A stretch of DNA of 63,239 nt from Candidatus Bathyarchaeota archaeon (GCA_005881695.1 VBBT01000113.1:1-63239), one strand, 5' to 3'. Shown: positions 50,078 through 59,820, counted from the first letter of the stretch. Made by a program: numbers and translations. The notes: generated by a model from the letters alone, not told the origin.

Positions 50078-51508
50078 CTAAGGGTCGTGAGAGTGTTCGT
50101 AGCCAGGGACTGGGTGCGGTAGGTAGGGAAATACTGACAGGAATGATGTGGCGTTGGGTGGCTGGACAGGGTTCCCTAGAGGGATGCCTTGGGTTACTAG
50201 ACTGACGGCGCCGTCTGTCGTGAAGCTCTTGTCTACAAGTGGCAGAGTTGCTCCGGCGATCGCCTTAATTTCGATGTCCACGACGTCGTCTAGTACTCTT
50301 CGTCCGTTGGGGAATCCTGCTGGGTCCCCACCTACGAGTCCTAGGCGGCTGGGGTTGGTGGTGTTCGGAGGGATTGCAAGGTTGAGGCGGAGATAGTCAG
50401 CTTGGAGTGGCCCTGTGAAGTTTTGGAACCCTGGAATGATGCCGGTGGGTATTCCTGTCAGCAGTATTGCGATCAGGTCTGCGCGCGATTCGGTTACCGC
50501 TGCCAGGTTCGGGAAGACTCCCGGGTAGAGGACTGGGAGCAACTTCTGAAGTTCGGGTGTCTGGTAGTATTGGAGGAACTGGGAGTCGAACCTAGGAAGC
50601 GCTGTGTTCCAGAAATCTTTCTTTCCTAACGGGATTACTACCTCGTTGATTAGAGGCATTCCCAAGCGGGACACTTGTGTGAAAGGTCCAGTCACGACTG
50701 CGTCAGATTCGTTGTCGCCTGATTGGTCGCCGTCTCCGTCGGTTGGAAGAATTGTTGCCGCTCGTCTGCTTGCTGATGCCCATATTCCGATCGTTGAGTT
50801 CTTGCCTAACGGATCAGTCGGGTTTGATCCATTCGATGTCAGTTTGTTCTTGGCTACTTGTATCGCGATACTGTGAACGCTGAATCCTTTTGTCGCATCG
50901 ATGCCTGGGGCCGCAGGCGTGGGTATGAGGTGGAAATTCTGGACGGGTCTGAGAGTTCCGAGGTCGAATATCGATCCAAGATCTACGAAGAACGCTTCGT
51001 CTCTCTGGCCGGCGAATACGGTAGAGCCATCGCTCAAGGTATTGATGGCTGAGTTTGCTAGGTCCGCATAGTTCGGTGTTGACCGCGGTCCAATATTGAC
51101 AGGTGGGGTTGGGAGGTTACTGCCGAGAATTGTGGATACGCCTGTCCTGCGGGGTCCAACTACTCTTGTGACTGAGTAGGATTGTTTTACGTTCCAGGAG
51201 GAGTCGGTGAGGGAGCTTATGGGTCCCGTGTTGTAGAGGAAGGTGTCGGGATTCCCGATCTTGGTCTTGAATCTGAACTGGTAGGTGATGTCCTCTATTC
51301 CGTCGCCGTTGTTGTCTATTACTATCTCGTAGAGCACGTCGTCCCCGAAGGTGTTGAAGTTAGGGCCGCCGGCAGGCTCCTCCAAGGGAATGTAGTTGGC
51401 TAGTATGGTTGCCGTGTCAGGCTTGTCGGGACTGACGAATGCGTACAGGTCAGTGTTGTCAGCGACCGGATCCTTCGAAATCTTGGGGGCTTCTCTGTGG
51501 GATGTCAT
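50078..51508 (-). CDS. DUF4331-family protein
   Basis: SHREAP..DNTDLYAF, QVSRLGMPLINEV and GFPNGRR..DDVVDI motifs; no signal peptide. Confidence 0.88.
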   Translation of the reverse strand: MTSHREAPKISKDPVADNTDLYAFVSPDKPDTATILANYIPLEEPAGGPNFNTFGDDVLYEIVIDNNGDGIEDITYQFRFKTKIGNPDTFLYNTGPISSLTDSSWNVKQSYSVTRVVGPRRTGVSTILGSNLPTPPVNIGPRSTPNYADLANSAINTLSDGSTVFAGQRDEAFFVDLGSIFDLGTLRPVQNFHLIPTPAAPGIDATKGFSVHSIAIQVAKNKLTSNGSNPTDPLGKNSTIGIWASASRRAATILPTDGDGDQSGDNESDAVVTGPFTQVSRLGMPLINEVVIPLGKKDFWNTALPRFDSQFLQYYQTPELQKLLPVLYPGVFPNLAAVTESRADLIAILLTGIPTGIIPGFQNFTGPLQADYLRLNLAIPPNTTNPSRLGLVGGDPAGFPNGRRVLDDVVDIEIKAIAGATLPLVDKSFTTDGAVSLVTQGIPLGNPVQPPNATSFLSVFPYLPHPVPGYEHSHDP

Positions 51509-51511
51509 TGT

Positions 51512-51823
51512 CTAGTTCCCTCTCCGTAGCTTGTCTGCAATCTGAGCGGCCAATCCTGCATCGTTCACCTTCACAGAAACCGCTCCATTCATGACCGTTA
51601 GCTGATCACCGCTTACAGAGGCGACAATCGGCTCCGCGCTGTCGTTAGCTGCAGGTGCTTTAGGCTGCTCTGCTGGGATAGGAATCCTGCCCATGAGAGC
51701 GGTAGCGCCTGCCGCAACGGCGGCGGCACCTACACCATATTTCAAGAAGTCTCTTCGTGAAATCTTGCTACTAGGTTCCTGTTCGGACTCAAATTTCTCG
51801 TCAGTCTTCTTATTCTCTTTCAA
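51512..51823 (-). CDS. Small twin-arginine signal protein
   Basis: SRRDFLK followed by the hydrophobic stretch GVGAAAVAAGATAL. Confidence 0.75.
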   Translation of the reverse strand: MKENKKTDEKFESEQEPSSKISRRDFLKYGVGAAAVAAGATALMGRIPIPAEQPKAPAANDSAEPIVASVSGDQLTVMNGAVSVKVNDAGLAAQIADKLRRGN

Positions 51824-52067
51824 GAGGAGTTCTGGCTGACATGGCTCGGATCGCTTCTTAACGGTTTTTCCAAATCTCCCCGGAATCTAACCCATATTCT
51901 ACCTAGAGATAGCTGCAGAGGGCTGCTTACGGAGAACCGGTGGCGAAGCCGTCTCTCGGAGGACAAACGGTTGCAGAGGTTCAATATATCGCTGGACCTT
52001 TGCAGCAGGTTTCTCAACGGTTCGGTGATGCTGAGCGGAATGGTCGCGAGAGGTCCGGGGTCCCATA

Positions 52068-52370
52068 CTATTTCCAGGTCACTCTTAGCAGATTTGCCAG
52101 CGCGAGGGCTTCCCCGACATTCACAAGGAGCATGTAGGTTGAGGCTTGATCCACAAGGGTGCCGGCTGAACTCACATTTTCGAAGAGAAAGAGCCAGAAT
52201 ACGAGAATTGCTAGGTTTAGTACTACGAAAAAGCTTCCGAAGAGAACTAGACCCATGGTGAATGAAGATTTGACCTTTCTATATGTCCCGAGGTAAATTG
52301 CCAGTAGCGCTAGGGTCATGGCGATGTTCGCGAAGGCCACTATTGCGCTAGCCCAAAGTGCAAAACCCAA
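52068..52370 (-). CDS. 3-TM membrane protein
   Basis: Three hydrophobic helices; follows the ArsR-like regulator. Confidence 0.7.
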   Translation of the reverse strand: MGFALWASAIVAFANIAMTLALLAIYLGTYRKVKSSFTMGLVLFGSFFVVLNLAILVFWLFLFENVSSAGTLVDQASTYMLLVNVGEALALANLLRVTWK

Positions 52371-52381
52371 GCTCGGTCACT

Positions 52382-52807
52382 CTACTCCGTCTTTGTTTCG
52401 TTTATCTTTCTTCTTCCAATTTTGCTCCAAATCTCTTCGAGGATTGGAAGCGCTTCTTCCATCTTGGGAGTAAGAAAGAGAACAGCACCGTATGTTCCCT
52501 TGTCCGATGGAACGATAAGGCCATTCTCCTCTAGAACCCTGACGTGGTGTTGGATGGTTTTGTAATCCACATGTAGAATCTGCGCAAGCTGGTTGGCGTT
52601 GCAAGGGCGATTCTGAATAGCCTTGATGATCTCGGCCCTGCTAGGTCCTCCTCGGGTTCCCGCGAACAGATACCATAAGAGTCGTTTGAGATACTTCTCG
52701 CCGTAGAGAGATGCCTTGGGGTCTTCTCTTGTCGTGGTGAGGAGAAATGGGATCCTGTGGGAGAGTTGACCAAGTTGCGGAAGCAGTTGCGACTTTGGCG
52801 TTATCAA
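52382..52807 (-). CDS. ArsR-like winged-helix regulator
   Basis: LLWYLFAGTRGG..R and NANQLA..L.VDYKTIQHHVRVL motifs; start uncertain. Confidence 0.8.
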   Translation of the reverse strand: MITPKSQLLPQLGQLSHRIPFLLTTTREDPKASLYGEKYLKRLLWYLFAGTRGGPSRAEIIKAIQNRPCNANQLAQILHVDYKTIQHHVRVLEENGLIVPSDKGTYGAVLFLTPKMEEALPILEEIWSKIGRRKINETKTE

Positions 52808-53139
52808 ATTGATTCTTCTACAAAATTGATGGGCCGGTTCGTTTGAATTCGCTCTTTCGTCCAGTTATAATATTTCTTCGAATCTGTTAATGACATCGGC
52901 ACTTATCACGACAATCCTTCGCTCAGTTATCGGAAGGTCAAACGGAATGAAACTTCGGAAGGATGTGGCTCGGGCGGACAAGGTCCCTATTATCAGCCCG
53001 CCCGATGTCGTTCGTCATTGCGTCGGCTGAGAACGCTCCGACCGCATGTATTTGCGGAAATTCATCATCTAATTCCAACTCTAGATCTGGCTCTTTTAAC
53101 TCATCTGGAGCGTTCCGATGAGAAGATGGAGGGGCAGGG

Positions 53140-54030
53140 TCAAAGTCTCGCCTTTCCGCAGCGTTTACAAAACACGCCACCCGAATCCATGTCTCCTCCG
53201 CAGAAGTTGCAGGTAGTTTCCACATGCATGCTCCCTATTTCGTCGTCCACACGTTCCTTTTCGTATCTCTTTGCATACCAGATTGCGCCTTCCAGAAGTA
53301 TGATTATCGGAACAAATAGCGCAACGTCTGCTAAAGGCCCACCGTCAGGTGATGCTATCGCTGTCAAAACCAAGATTGAGGCCCAGACATACTTCCGATT
53401 CTTGGTAAGCATCTTCGTCCCAAGAATGCGCAATTTGACCAGAAGAACGAAGAAAACAGGGATTGTGAAGGCAAAGCCTGACAGAACGATGACGAAGAAA
53501 ACGAGGTTGTAGAATTGGTCTGCGTAAATGAAGGTGGATATTCCGACGGCTTGGAAGAAGGGTAGAGAGAACAAGAATATGAAGGGAAGAAGTACGAAAA
53601 ACGCGAACGCCGCCCCCACCAAGAACAAGATGGAAAACGCCGTGACGAAAGGGTACACTGACTGTTTCTCGCTAGCCTTGATAGCGGGGTCTACAAACTT
53701 GTATATCTCATACGCGAGCACGGGGACACTTGTGGCGAATCCGAAAACCGCGGATCCTACGACGATTAGCTCCAGAGGCGTGGTGACTGTTCCTCCGATC
53801 AGTATGTATTGTGGAGGTAACAGTCTCGTCCTTATCCCTGCGAGAATGGCTGTGATTATTGGATGGTAGACTTGGAAGGGGTTCTGTAAGAACGATAGGT
53901 CAGATGGGACTGCGAGGTAGAACAGGGTTGCAATAACAAGGGAGTAGATCCAAATCTTCACTCGTTTTGAAAGCTCTGAAATGTGGTCCCAAAGAGGGAG
54001 AACTTTTTCTCTCGATCGTTCCTCCGACAA
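53140..54030 (-). CDS. tatC: Twin-arginine translocase TatC with C-terminal zinc ribbon
   Basis: LWDHISEL, YEIYKFVDPA and ASPDG motifs, about 6 TM helices; C-terminal CNFC..FCKRCG. Confidence 0.9.
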   Translation of the reverse strand: MSEERSREKVLPLWDHISELSKRVKIWIYSLVIATLFYLAVPSDLSFLQNPFQVYHPIITAILAGIRTRLLPPQYILIGGTVTTPLELIVVGSAVFGFATSVPVLAYEIYKFVDPAIKASEKQSVYPFVTAFSILFLVGAAFAFFVLLPFIFLFSLPFFQAVGISTFIYADQFYNLVFFVIVLSGFAFTIPVFFVLLVKLRILGTKMLTKNRKYVWASILVLTAIASPDGGPLADVALFVPIIILLEGAIWYAKRYEKERVDDEIGSMHVETTCNFCGGDMDSGGVFCKRCGKARL

Positions 54031-54148
54031 GGGCTTCCACTATCCCTCGCTTATCCAACAGATGCTCAATAAAATCATATGATTGTCTCAACTGGCCTCA
54101 TAACAAGTAGGCACCGGGACTTAGCCGCGAAGGTGGGAACTTGTCCGG

Positions 54149-54430
54149 CTACTTTGTCTGAGCTGCCTTAACGATTTCGTCAGATATCTCTTGACGCGTC
54201 TTGCCCTCGGTATTGATTCCCAGTTTGTGTGCGGTATCAGTCAGCGGGTCAGATGCAGCTGGTAGAGAGGGTGAGATAGGGTTCGTCAGTCCTTTCGAGG
54301 CGTCGTCGAATTCTTTGCGTGCCCTTCCTATGGACCTCGCTAGCTCTGGTATTTTTTGTGGGCCCCAGATCAGTATGACGGCCAGCACTCCCAGTATCAG
54401 TAGGATCTGGAACGGGTCTCCTAAAGCCAT
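54149..54430 (-). CDS. tatA: Twin-arginine translocase TatA
   Basis: TM helix followed by WGPQKIPELARSIGRARKEF. Confidence 0.92.
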   Translation of the reverse strand: MALGDPFQILLILGVLAVILIWGPQKIPELARSIGRARKEFDDASKGLTNPISPSLPAASDPLTDTAHKLGINTEGKTRQEISDEIVKAAQTK

Positions 54431-54558
54431 ACTATTCTCATCTCAAGTGTCAACTGTTCCGAGCTTTAACTGTTTACCATAATTAGTACAGGAACCCGAT
54501 CTTCTCCAAGGAAACCTTATTCTTCGGCCCAATTTGGTCTCGACTAGGCGGCTAAGAA

Positions 54559-55308
54559 CTGAAAGTAGTCGTGTGTATGCGGCGCGTCCCGGACACAGCA
54601 ACCCGCATCAAAATAGCGTTAGATGGGAAATCAATTGCTACGAGCGATGCAGAGTTCGTAATCAACCCCTACGAAGAATACGCCCTAGAGCAGGGCGTCC
54701 AGTTGAAGGAGAAATACGGCGGGGAAGTCATTGTGCTCACCCTCGGACCAGAGAAGTCGACAAGCGTAATTCTCAAAGCTCTAGCGCTCGGCGCGGACAG
54801 GGCTATTCATCTCAAGAGCGAAAATTTTCCAGATGACCCAAGCGCGGTCGCCCGAGCAATTGCAACGGAATTGAAAACTGTCGAATTCGACGTTCTGTTA
54901 TTTGGCAAGAAGGGTGTTGACGACGACAGTCAACAAGTCGGGCCGATGGTGGCCGAACTTCTTGGAATTCCATGCGTCACTCAAATCGTCAAACTCGATA
55001 TCTCGGCAGGCAAAGCGGTAGCGCATCGAGAAGTTGAAGGAGGAGTAATCGTTGTCGAAGCTACGCTTCCGGCAGCATTTACCGCTGAGAAAGACCTCAC
55101 GGTTCCCCGATACGCGTCGCTTAGAGAGCTAGTTGCTGCGAGAAAGAAGCCCATCCTCGTGAAAGAACCTCAACAGTTTCCCGGCATTCTAGAGACTATC
55201 TCAGTCCAATACCCTCCTCCTCGACCCCCAGGCAGGGTTCTAGGGAAGGGCGTTGAAGCTGTTCCAATGTTGGTCAAGGTTCTGCACGAAGAGGCCAAGG
55301 TGATCTAG
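54559..55308 (+). CDS. etfB: Electron transfer flavoprotein beta subunit
   Basis: (L)KVVVCMRRVPD, INPYEEYALE, QVGP and PRY motifs; CTG at 54559 with in-frame TAA two codons upstream. Confidence 0.92.
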   Translation: MKVVVCMRRVPDTATRIKIALDGKSIATSDAEFVINPYEEYALEQGVQLKEKYGGEVIVLTLGPEKSTSVILKALALGADRAIHLKSENFPDDPSAVARAIATELKTVEFDVLLFGKKGVDDDSQQVGPMVAELLGIPCVTQIVKLDISAGKAVAHREVEGGVIVVEATLPAAFTAEKDLTVPRYASLRELVAARKKPILVKEPQQFPGILETISVQYPPPRPPGRVLGKGVEAVPMLVKVLHEEAKVI

Positions 55309-55311
55309 CAA

Positions 55312-56295
55312 GTGCAAGGTCCGATACTCGTCTTCGCAGAGTCCTCGGGGAGCGAGTTCCGAAAGTCAGCCTTCGAAGCGGTAACAGAGGCCCGACGGCT
55401 AGCGGATCTGTCAAAGACAGAGGTACACGCATTGTCCATCGGTCACAAAATAAGAGACCAAGCGAGTTCTCTCGGAAAGTTCGGCGCGGACAAAGTTTCG
55501 GTCGCCGAAGACGAGATGTTGAAACTCTTCCAACCCGATTTCTATCGACAAATTGCTCTCGACTTGGCGAAAAGAATTAACCCCAGCGTCATCCTCCTCC
55601 CCGCCACTTCGACGGGCAAGGACCTAGCGCCCCGTCTCGCAATCTATCTCAACACCGTCGTCGCAACAGAGTGCACCGAGCTGGAAATCAGTGACGATGA
55701 TCTCATTGCAACCCGCCCTGCTTATGCAGGCAAGGTGTTGCTGAAAGTCAAAATGAGGGGCAATCCCAAGATTGCAACTCTTCGCCCAAATGTATTCACT
55801 GCTAAGGAGAGAGTTCCTGCAATCAGTCCGTCGGTCGAATCTCTCTCATTCGAGAAGCCAGCCACTAAGATGACCGTGAAGGAGTTCGTCACTCACGGGG
55901 CGAAAAAGCAAGACCTCACAGAGGCAGGAGTCATCGTTTCCGGGGGAAGAGGGATGGGAGGGCCTGAGAACTACAAGATTCTGGAGGAACTTGCTAGCGT
56001 TATGGGCGGTGTTGTCGGAGCATCGAGAGCTTCCGTCGATGCCGGTTGGAGGCCGCACTCGGACCAGGTTGGACAGACGGGTAGAACCGTGTCCCCGACA
56101 CTGTACATCGCATGCGGCATCTCTGGAGCCATTCAACACAGAGTTGGCATGATAAACTCGAAGGTGATAGTCGCGATCAACAAGGACCCCGAAGCGCCCA
56201 TTTTCGGATTCGCGGACTATGGGATTGTGGGGGATGTTTTCGAGGTTGTCCCGGCTCTCACTCAGGAGATGAGAAAGTATTACGGCAAGAACTGA
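55312..56295 (+). CDS. etfA: Electron transfer flavoprotein alpha subunit
   Basis: VSGGRG, QVGQTG, GISGAIQH and AINKDPEAPIF motifs. Confidence 0.95.
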   Translation: MQGPILVFAESSGSEFRKSAFEAVTEARRLADLSKTEVHALSIGHKIRDQASSLGKFGADKVSVAEDEMLKLFQPDFYRQIALDLAKRINPSVILLPATSTGKDLAPRLAIYLNTVVATECTELEISDDDLIATRPAYAGKVLLKVKMRGNPKIATLRPNVFTAKERVPAISPSVESLSFEKPATKMTVKEFVTHGAKKQDLTEAGVIVSGGRGMGGPENYKILEELASVMGGVVGASRASVDAGWRPHSDQVGQTGRTVSPTLYIACGISGAIQHRVGMINSKVIVAINKDPEAPIFGFADYGIVGDVFEVVPALTQEMRKYYGKN

Positions 56296-56304
56296 ACTGG
56301 TTTG

Positions 56305-56673
56305 CTAGGCGTCCTCGAGCTTCGCTTTTAGGAATCTTGCAAGTTCTTGGCTGAGTGGGCTTCGAGACACGTCGATTACGGGCATCTCAATGTTTCCGGA
56401 CCTTACATTGTTGACAAATTCTGCCATGGGAGCGTAGCTTATGGACGCTATGTAGAGTTCTCCTCGGGCGTATTCCTCCGGCATGTCCGAGGGCGGGATT
56501 GGCTGTGATACAAACACCATCTTCTCTGCCCATGTCAGTAAAACAGGTTGTCCCATCTTCATTATGAACGACAACGCGTTCACGAGTTGTTGTGGATTAT
56601 CGTATTTGACAAGTTCTCGGACGACGATCCGTTTCAGCGGCTCGTGGGCTATTTCGACCATTTGGCTGCTCAT
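56305..56673 (-). CDS. Hypothetical protein
   Basis: 122-aa ORF with ATG start. Confidence 0.65.
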   Translation of the reverse strand: MSSQMVEIAHEPLKRIVVRELVKYDNPQQLVNALSFIMKMGQPVLLTWAEKMVFVSQPIPPSDMPEEYARGELYIASISYAPMAEFVNNVRSGNIEMPVIDVSRSPLSQELARFLKAKLEDA

Positions 56674-56728
56674 TGGTGATTTCCTGACTCGGAAGGCAAT
56701 AGGTTGCTGGTTAAGAGGGTTTCCAGGC

Positions 56729-57025
56729 TCAGCCTAGCTTGAAGCTTACTCCCTTTCCGCCGGAGGGGTACTTCCAGCTTATGGCTTTGGCTCCTATCTT
56801 GTGACAAACGATCAGGCAAGCGCCGGTTTCCATACAGCCCTCGGTGTTGTAGTTCAGCTGATCTTGCCATGAGTATACCTGAGCTGGACAAATGTAGAGG
56901 CACGGCTTCTTTTCGCATTTCTGACAGAGCTTTGTGTCTACTTCTATAAACGGCTCAGGATCTTTGCTGAAGCTTACAAGGGCCAAGCGTTTGTCGAGGC
57001 TCATTTCCTCCTGTTTCCCAGACAT
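56729..57025 (-). CDS. fixX: FixX-like ferredoxin
   Basis: CQKC..PC..ICPA, GCMETGAC..C and W.YP.GG.GV motifs. Confidence 0.88.
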   Translation of the reverse strand: MSGKQEEMSLDKRLALVSFSKDPEPFIEVDTKLCQKCEKKPCLYICPAQVYSWQDQLNYNTEGCMETGACLIVCHKIGAKAISWKYPSGGKGVSFKLG

Positions 57026-57027
57026 GT

Positions 57028-58308
57028 CTAGAACGTCCTCGCTCCAGCAAGAAGGTCGCGGATTAGACTGATCGTGGAGACCTTCCCTTTTGTCTGGGCC
57101 CTCAGCTCTTTGTAGATTTTTCGCTTTCCGTTTCCATCAACGCGATAGATTGCTTCAGCAGCATTGCAAATTAGCTCGGGGTAGACACTGTAGAGCCTGT
57201 GGTTGCGTAGGTATCTTGGCACTTTGCTGAAAACAAACATGTCTTTGAGAGCCGGCTCTTCTTTCAGTTTCCGCTCGTAGGCTTTGAGCGATTGCGCTGA
57301 GTAGTCCTTCCTCTTGCGGGCCTCAAGTATTGTTTGAGCTGCGGCAACGCCGGATACAATTGCCATGTCGACGCCTCTGAAGGTGTAACCATTATTGAGT
57401 AGGTGTCCGGCTGCGTCACCTGCTACGAGCATGCCTCCTGTGTAGGGTCTCGTCAACATCTTAGGCCCAGCTTCGGGGATCATGTGAGCGTCGTACTCGA
57501 TCGTCTTCCCGTCCCTTATGAACCGCTTGACTTTCCGGTGGTTTCGTAGCCTATCCATCACGGTGTGGGAAGGGATCGCTTTCGTTGATGCATCGTCTGC
57601 GCCGACGACCATTCCTAAGGCCAGACTGTCTTTGTTGGTGTACAGGAAGCCTCCGCCTCGCAGTCCGCCCGAGCATTCTCCAACGAAAACATGGGCGGCT
57701 CCCTCTTCCGGTTCAAGACCAAAGCGTTCCTCGATCTTGTCAGCCGGTAGTTCAATGACGTCCTTCATGCCCATCGATACTTCTTCAGGTTCTAGAATGC
57801 TGGCGAGTCCGGCTTTGCGGGCGAGGCTTGTTGTGGTTCCGTCACATGCGATCACCGCATCGGTTGGAATCTTGTCCTGTCCCGCGATTATTCCTTTGAC
57901 ACGCCCGCCTTCGATTATGAGGTCGTCTACTCTTGAATCCGTTATCAGAGATGCTCCGACTTTCTCAGCCTGCTCGGCCAACCATTTGTCGAACTTTGCG
58001 CGGACGGCAGTGAAGCTTCCTTTCGGGTCTTTCGCTTCGTATTCGATACTGAACGAGCTGTCCACTGTCATGAAGGTGATTCCCTCTTTTCTTATGAAGC
58101 GCTCTACCGGCGCGTCTTTCCACTGGTCTCCGAGGAGACGTTTGAGGGCGTAGCTGTAGATACGTCCACCAAAGACGTTCTTTGAACCGGGAAATGTTCC
58201 GCGTTCAACTAGTAGAACTTGGACCCCTTCTCGGGCGAGGGTGAGTGCGGCTGCGCTTCCGGCTGGGCCGGCTCCGACTACTGCGACTTCGAATCCTTCT
58301 AGTGACAA
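57028..58308 (-). CDS. fixC: FixC-like ETF-quinone oxidoreductase flavoprotein
   Basis: VVGAGPAG, GSKNVFGG, GGGFLYTN, AHMIPE and GDAAG motifs. Confidence 0.9.
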   Translation of the reverse strand: MSLEGFEVAVVGAGPAGSAAALTLAREGVQVLLVERGTFPGSKNVFGGRIYSYALKRLLGDQWKDAPVERFIRKEGITFMTVDSSFSIEYEAKDPKGSFTAVRAKFDKWLAEQAEKVGASLITDSRVDDLIIEGGRVKGIIAGQDKIPTDAVIACDGTTTSLARKAGLASILEPEEVSMGMKDVIELPADKIEERFGLEPEEGAAHVFVGECSGGLRGGGFLYTNKDSLALGMVVGADDASTKAIPSHTVMDRLRNHRKVKRFIRDGKTIEYDAHMIPEAGPKMLTRPYTGGMLVAGDAAGHLLNNGYTFRGVDMAIVSGVAAAQTILEARKRKDYSAQSLKAYERKLKEEPALKDMFVFSKVPRYLRNHRLYSVYPELICNAAEAIYRVDGNGKRKIYKELRAQTKGKVSTISLIRDLLAGARTF

Positions 58309-58382
58309 CTCTAACTCCCTTTAGGGCCGGGTCTCGGGTTTATCGGGTTTAGCTCTAGTCCCGTCCATGCGCAAATGGAGAG

Positions 58383-58943
58383 TTAGCGTGACAGGCTGTC
58401 ATTCTTTTTCGTCTCTCCACTTTCCCATCTCTGTTTCAATATCTGCTCAATCAAATCCACAGCCCGTTTGATCTGCCTTTGCATTGCCATCGGATCGTAC
58501 CCGACCGGCGGCTTGCTGTCCAAGTATCGTCTGTACATGTCAAAATCCAGGAATTTCTTGCTGGTCTCAAAGATCGCCATGAGGGCGGGAGAGTCCATCT
58601 TGTCTAGGTCATCGCGTCTGCAATGATAGAATCCATTGTCCCTCACGAAGGTTATCTTCTCGTTGCCGACGGAGTCGTTGTAGACATCCTCCCAGAGGTT
58701 CCTGTCGATTTCATTCTCCTCTCTTTTCCCAGAGGCTATCTTTGACTCGAATTCCCGATAAAGCCGAGTTGCTTCTTGCTCTGAAACCTCGAGGGCTTTG
58801 GATACCTGTTCGAGGGTCAGACCCTTCTTCAGCAGATAGTAACATGCTTCCTGCAGATACTGAGAAGAATCGTCCTCCACTTTCTCAACATTCAAGGGCG
58901 GATGTTCTCTCCAAGAACTCTCAGAGCTGTCGGGCGCGCTCAT
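58383..58943 (-). CDS. Hypothetical protein with HTH-like segment
   Basis: KKGLTLEQVSKALEVSEQEATRL. Confidence 0.6.
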   Translation of the reverse strand: MSAPDSSESSWREHPPLNVEKVEDDSSQYLQEACYYLLKKGLTLEQVSKALEVSEQEATRLYREFESKIASGKREENEIDRNLWEDVYNDSVGNEKITFVRDNGFYHCRRDDLDKMDSPALMAIFETSKKFLDFDMYRRYLDSKPPVGYDPMAMQRQIKRAVDLIEQILKQRWESGETKKNDSLSR

Positions 58944-59211
58944 GGCTAGTTATGATCTTCTCTAGCGACTCGTGAACGATCTTTGCCTGCACCTCAAGCC
59001 CCAAGTCTACAGCTGGGATACCCATTACTCGGCATCTGCTGAGAAGCTTTCTGTCAAGACTGACTACGATGTATTTATTCGCCTTCGCAAGATTGACGAC
59101 CTCATCGTCAGTGACTCCAGGTCTCACCTTAGTTGTTGTCCAGCCGAGATCTCTAAGGTATTCGTCTAGGCCAAAGAGTTGTTCATCTAGGAGAACTGTA
59201 GGTCTCTGCAT
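58921..59211 (-). CDS. Mut7-C/DUF5615-like PIN-domain protein
   Basis: LLDEQL....YLRDLG, TDDEVV..A and VVSLDRKL motifs. Confidence 0.75.
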   Translation of the reverse strand: MQRPTVLLDEQLFGLDEYLRDLGWTTTKVRPGVTDDEVVNLAKANKYIVVSLDRKLLSRCRVMGIPAVDLGLEVQAKIVHESLEKIITSHERARQL

Positions 59212-59293
59212 CTTGAGTGCTCTTTCTCTCTTGGATGTTCTAAACCTCCTAAGAAACCTTACCAGTGGATCCGTCTCTTAGAGTAGAGCTCCG

Positions 59294-59692
59294 CTATTTC
59301 TTGAAGTATCTTCGGCATTTCCTGCACTGGAAACGGTTCTCCGAGATGTTCTTGAGGGGCACGCTGCAAAATGGACATGTGTCCAGAACCGCCAGGTTGC
59401 CTTCCGATCCCGCTAATACCTCTGCCCTGAGAGAGCGTGATCCGTTGCCAATACTCACTTGGTGTCTTCTTGAGTAAACCGTGAAAGAGCCTCCTGCAAT
59501 GGCCGCGGAAGCCAGTAGCCCAATCGGGACGGCGATGCCAACCGAAGAAAATGCGTTGGCCAGGTAGTTTTGCATGAACCTGTTGTGGACGTATTCGTTG
59601 TAGAGCCAACCAGCTAGGGAAATGTTGAGAATTGATTGAATCCCTATCGTAAACGTTTTTCGAGACACTTGGATCAAGTTAACAATTCCCAT
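59294..59692 (-). CDS. Membrane protein with C-terminal zinc ribbon
   Basis: TM segments plus CPFC..CRKC; ATG 59692 is the likely start. Confidence 0.55.
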   Translation of the reverse strand: MGIVNLIQVSRKTFTIGIQSILNISLAGWLYNEYVHNRFMQNYLANAFSSVGIAVPIGLLASAAIAGGSFTVYSRRHQVSIGNGSRSLRAEVLAGSEGNLAVLDTCPFCSVPLKNISENRFQCRKCRRYFKK

Positions 59693-59820
59693 AGAAGAAA
59701 CATACTCTGTCGCGAATCCAAGAGCTAGACTAGGCGTTCTCGAAAATAAGGCTACCCAAAAGTGGAGTATCCACACGGAACTAGCGTTGAATCTACGCTC
59801 CGCTCCCAGACGGGATGGAG

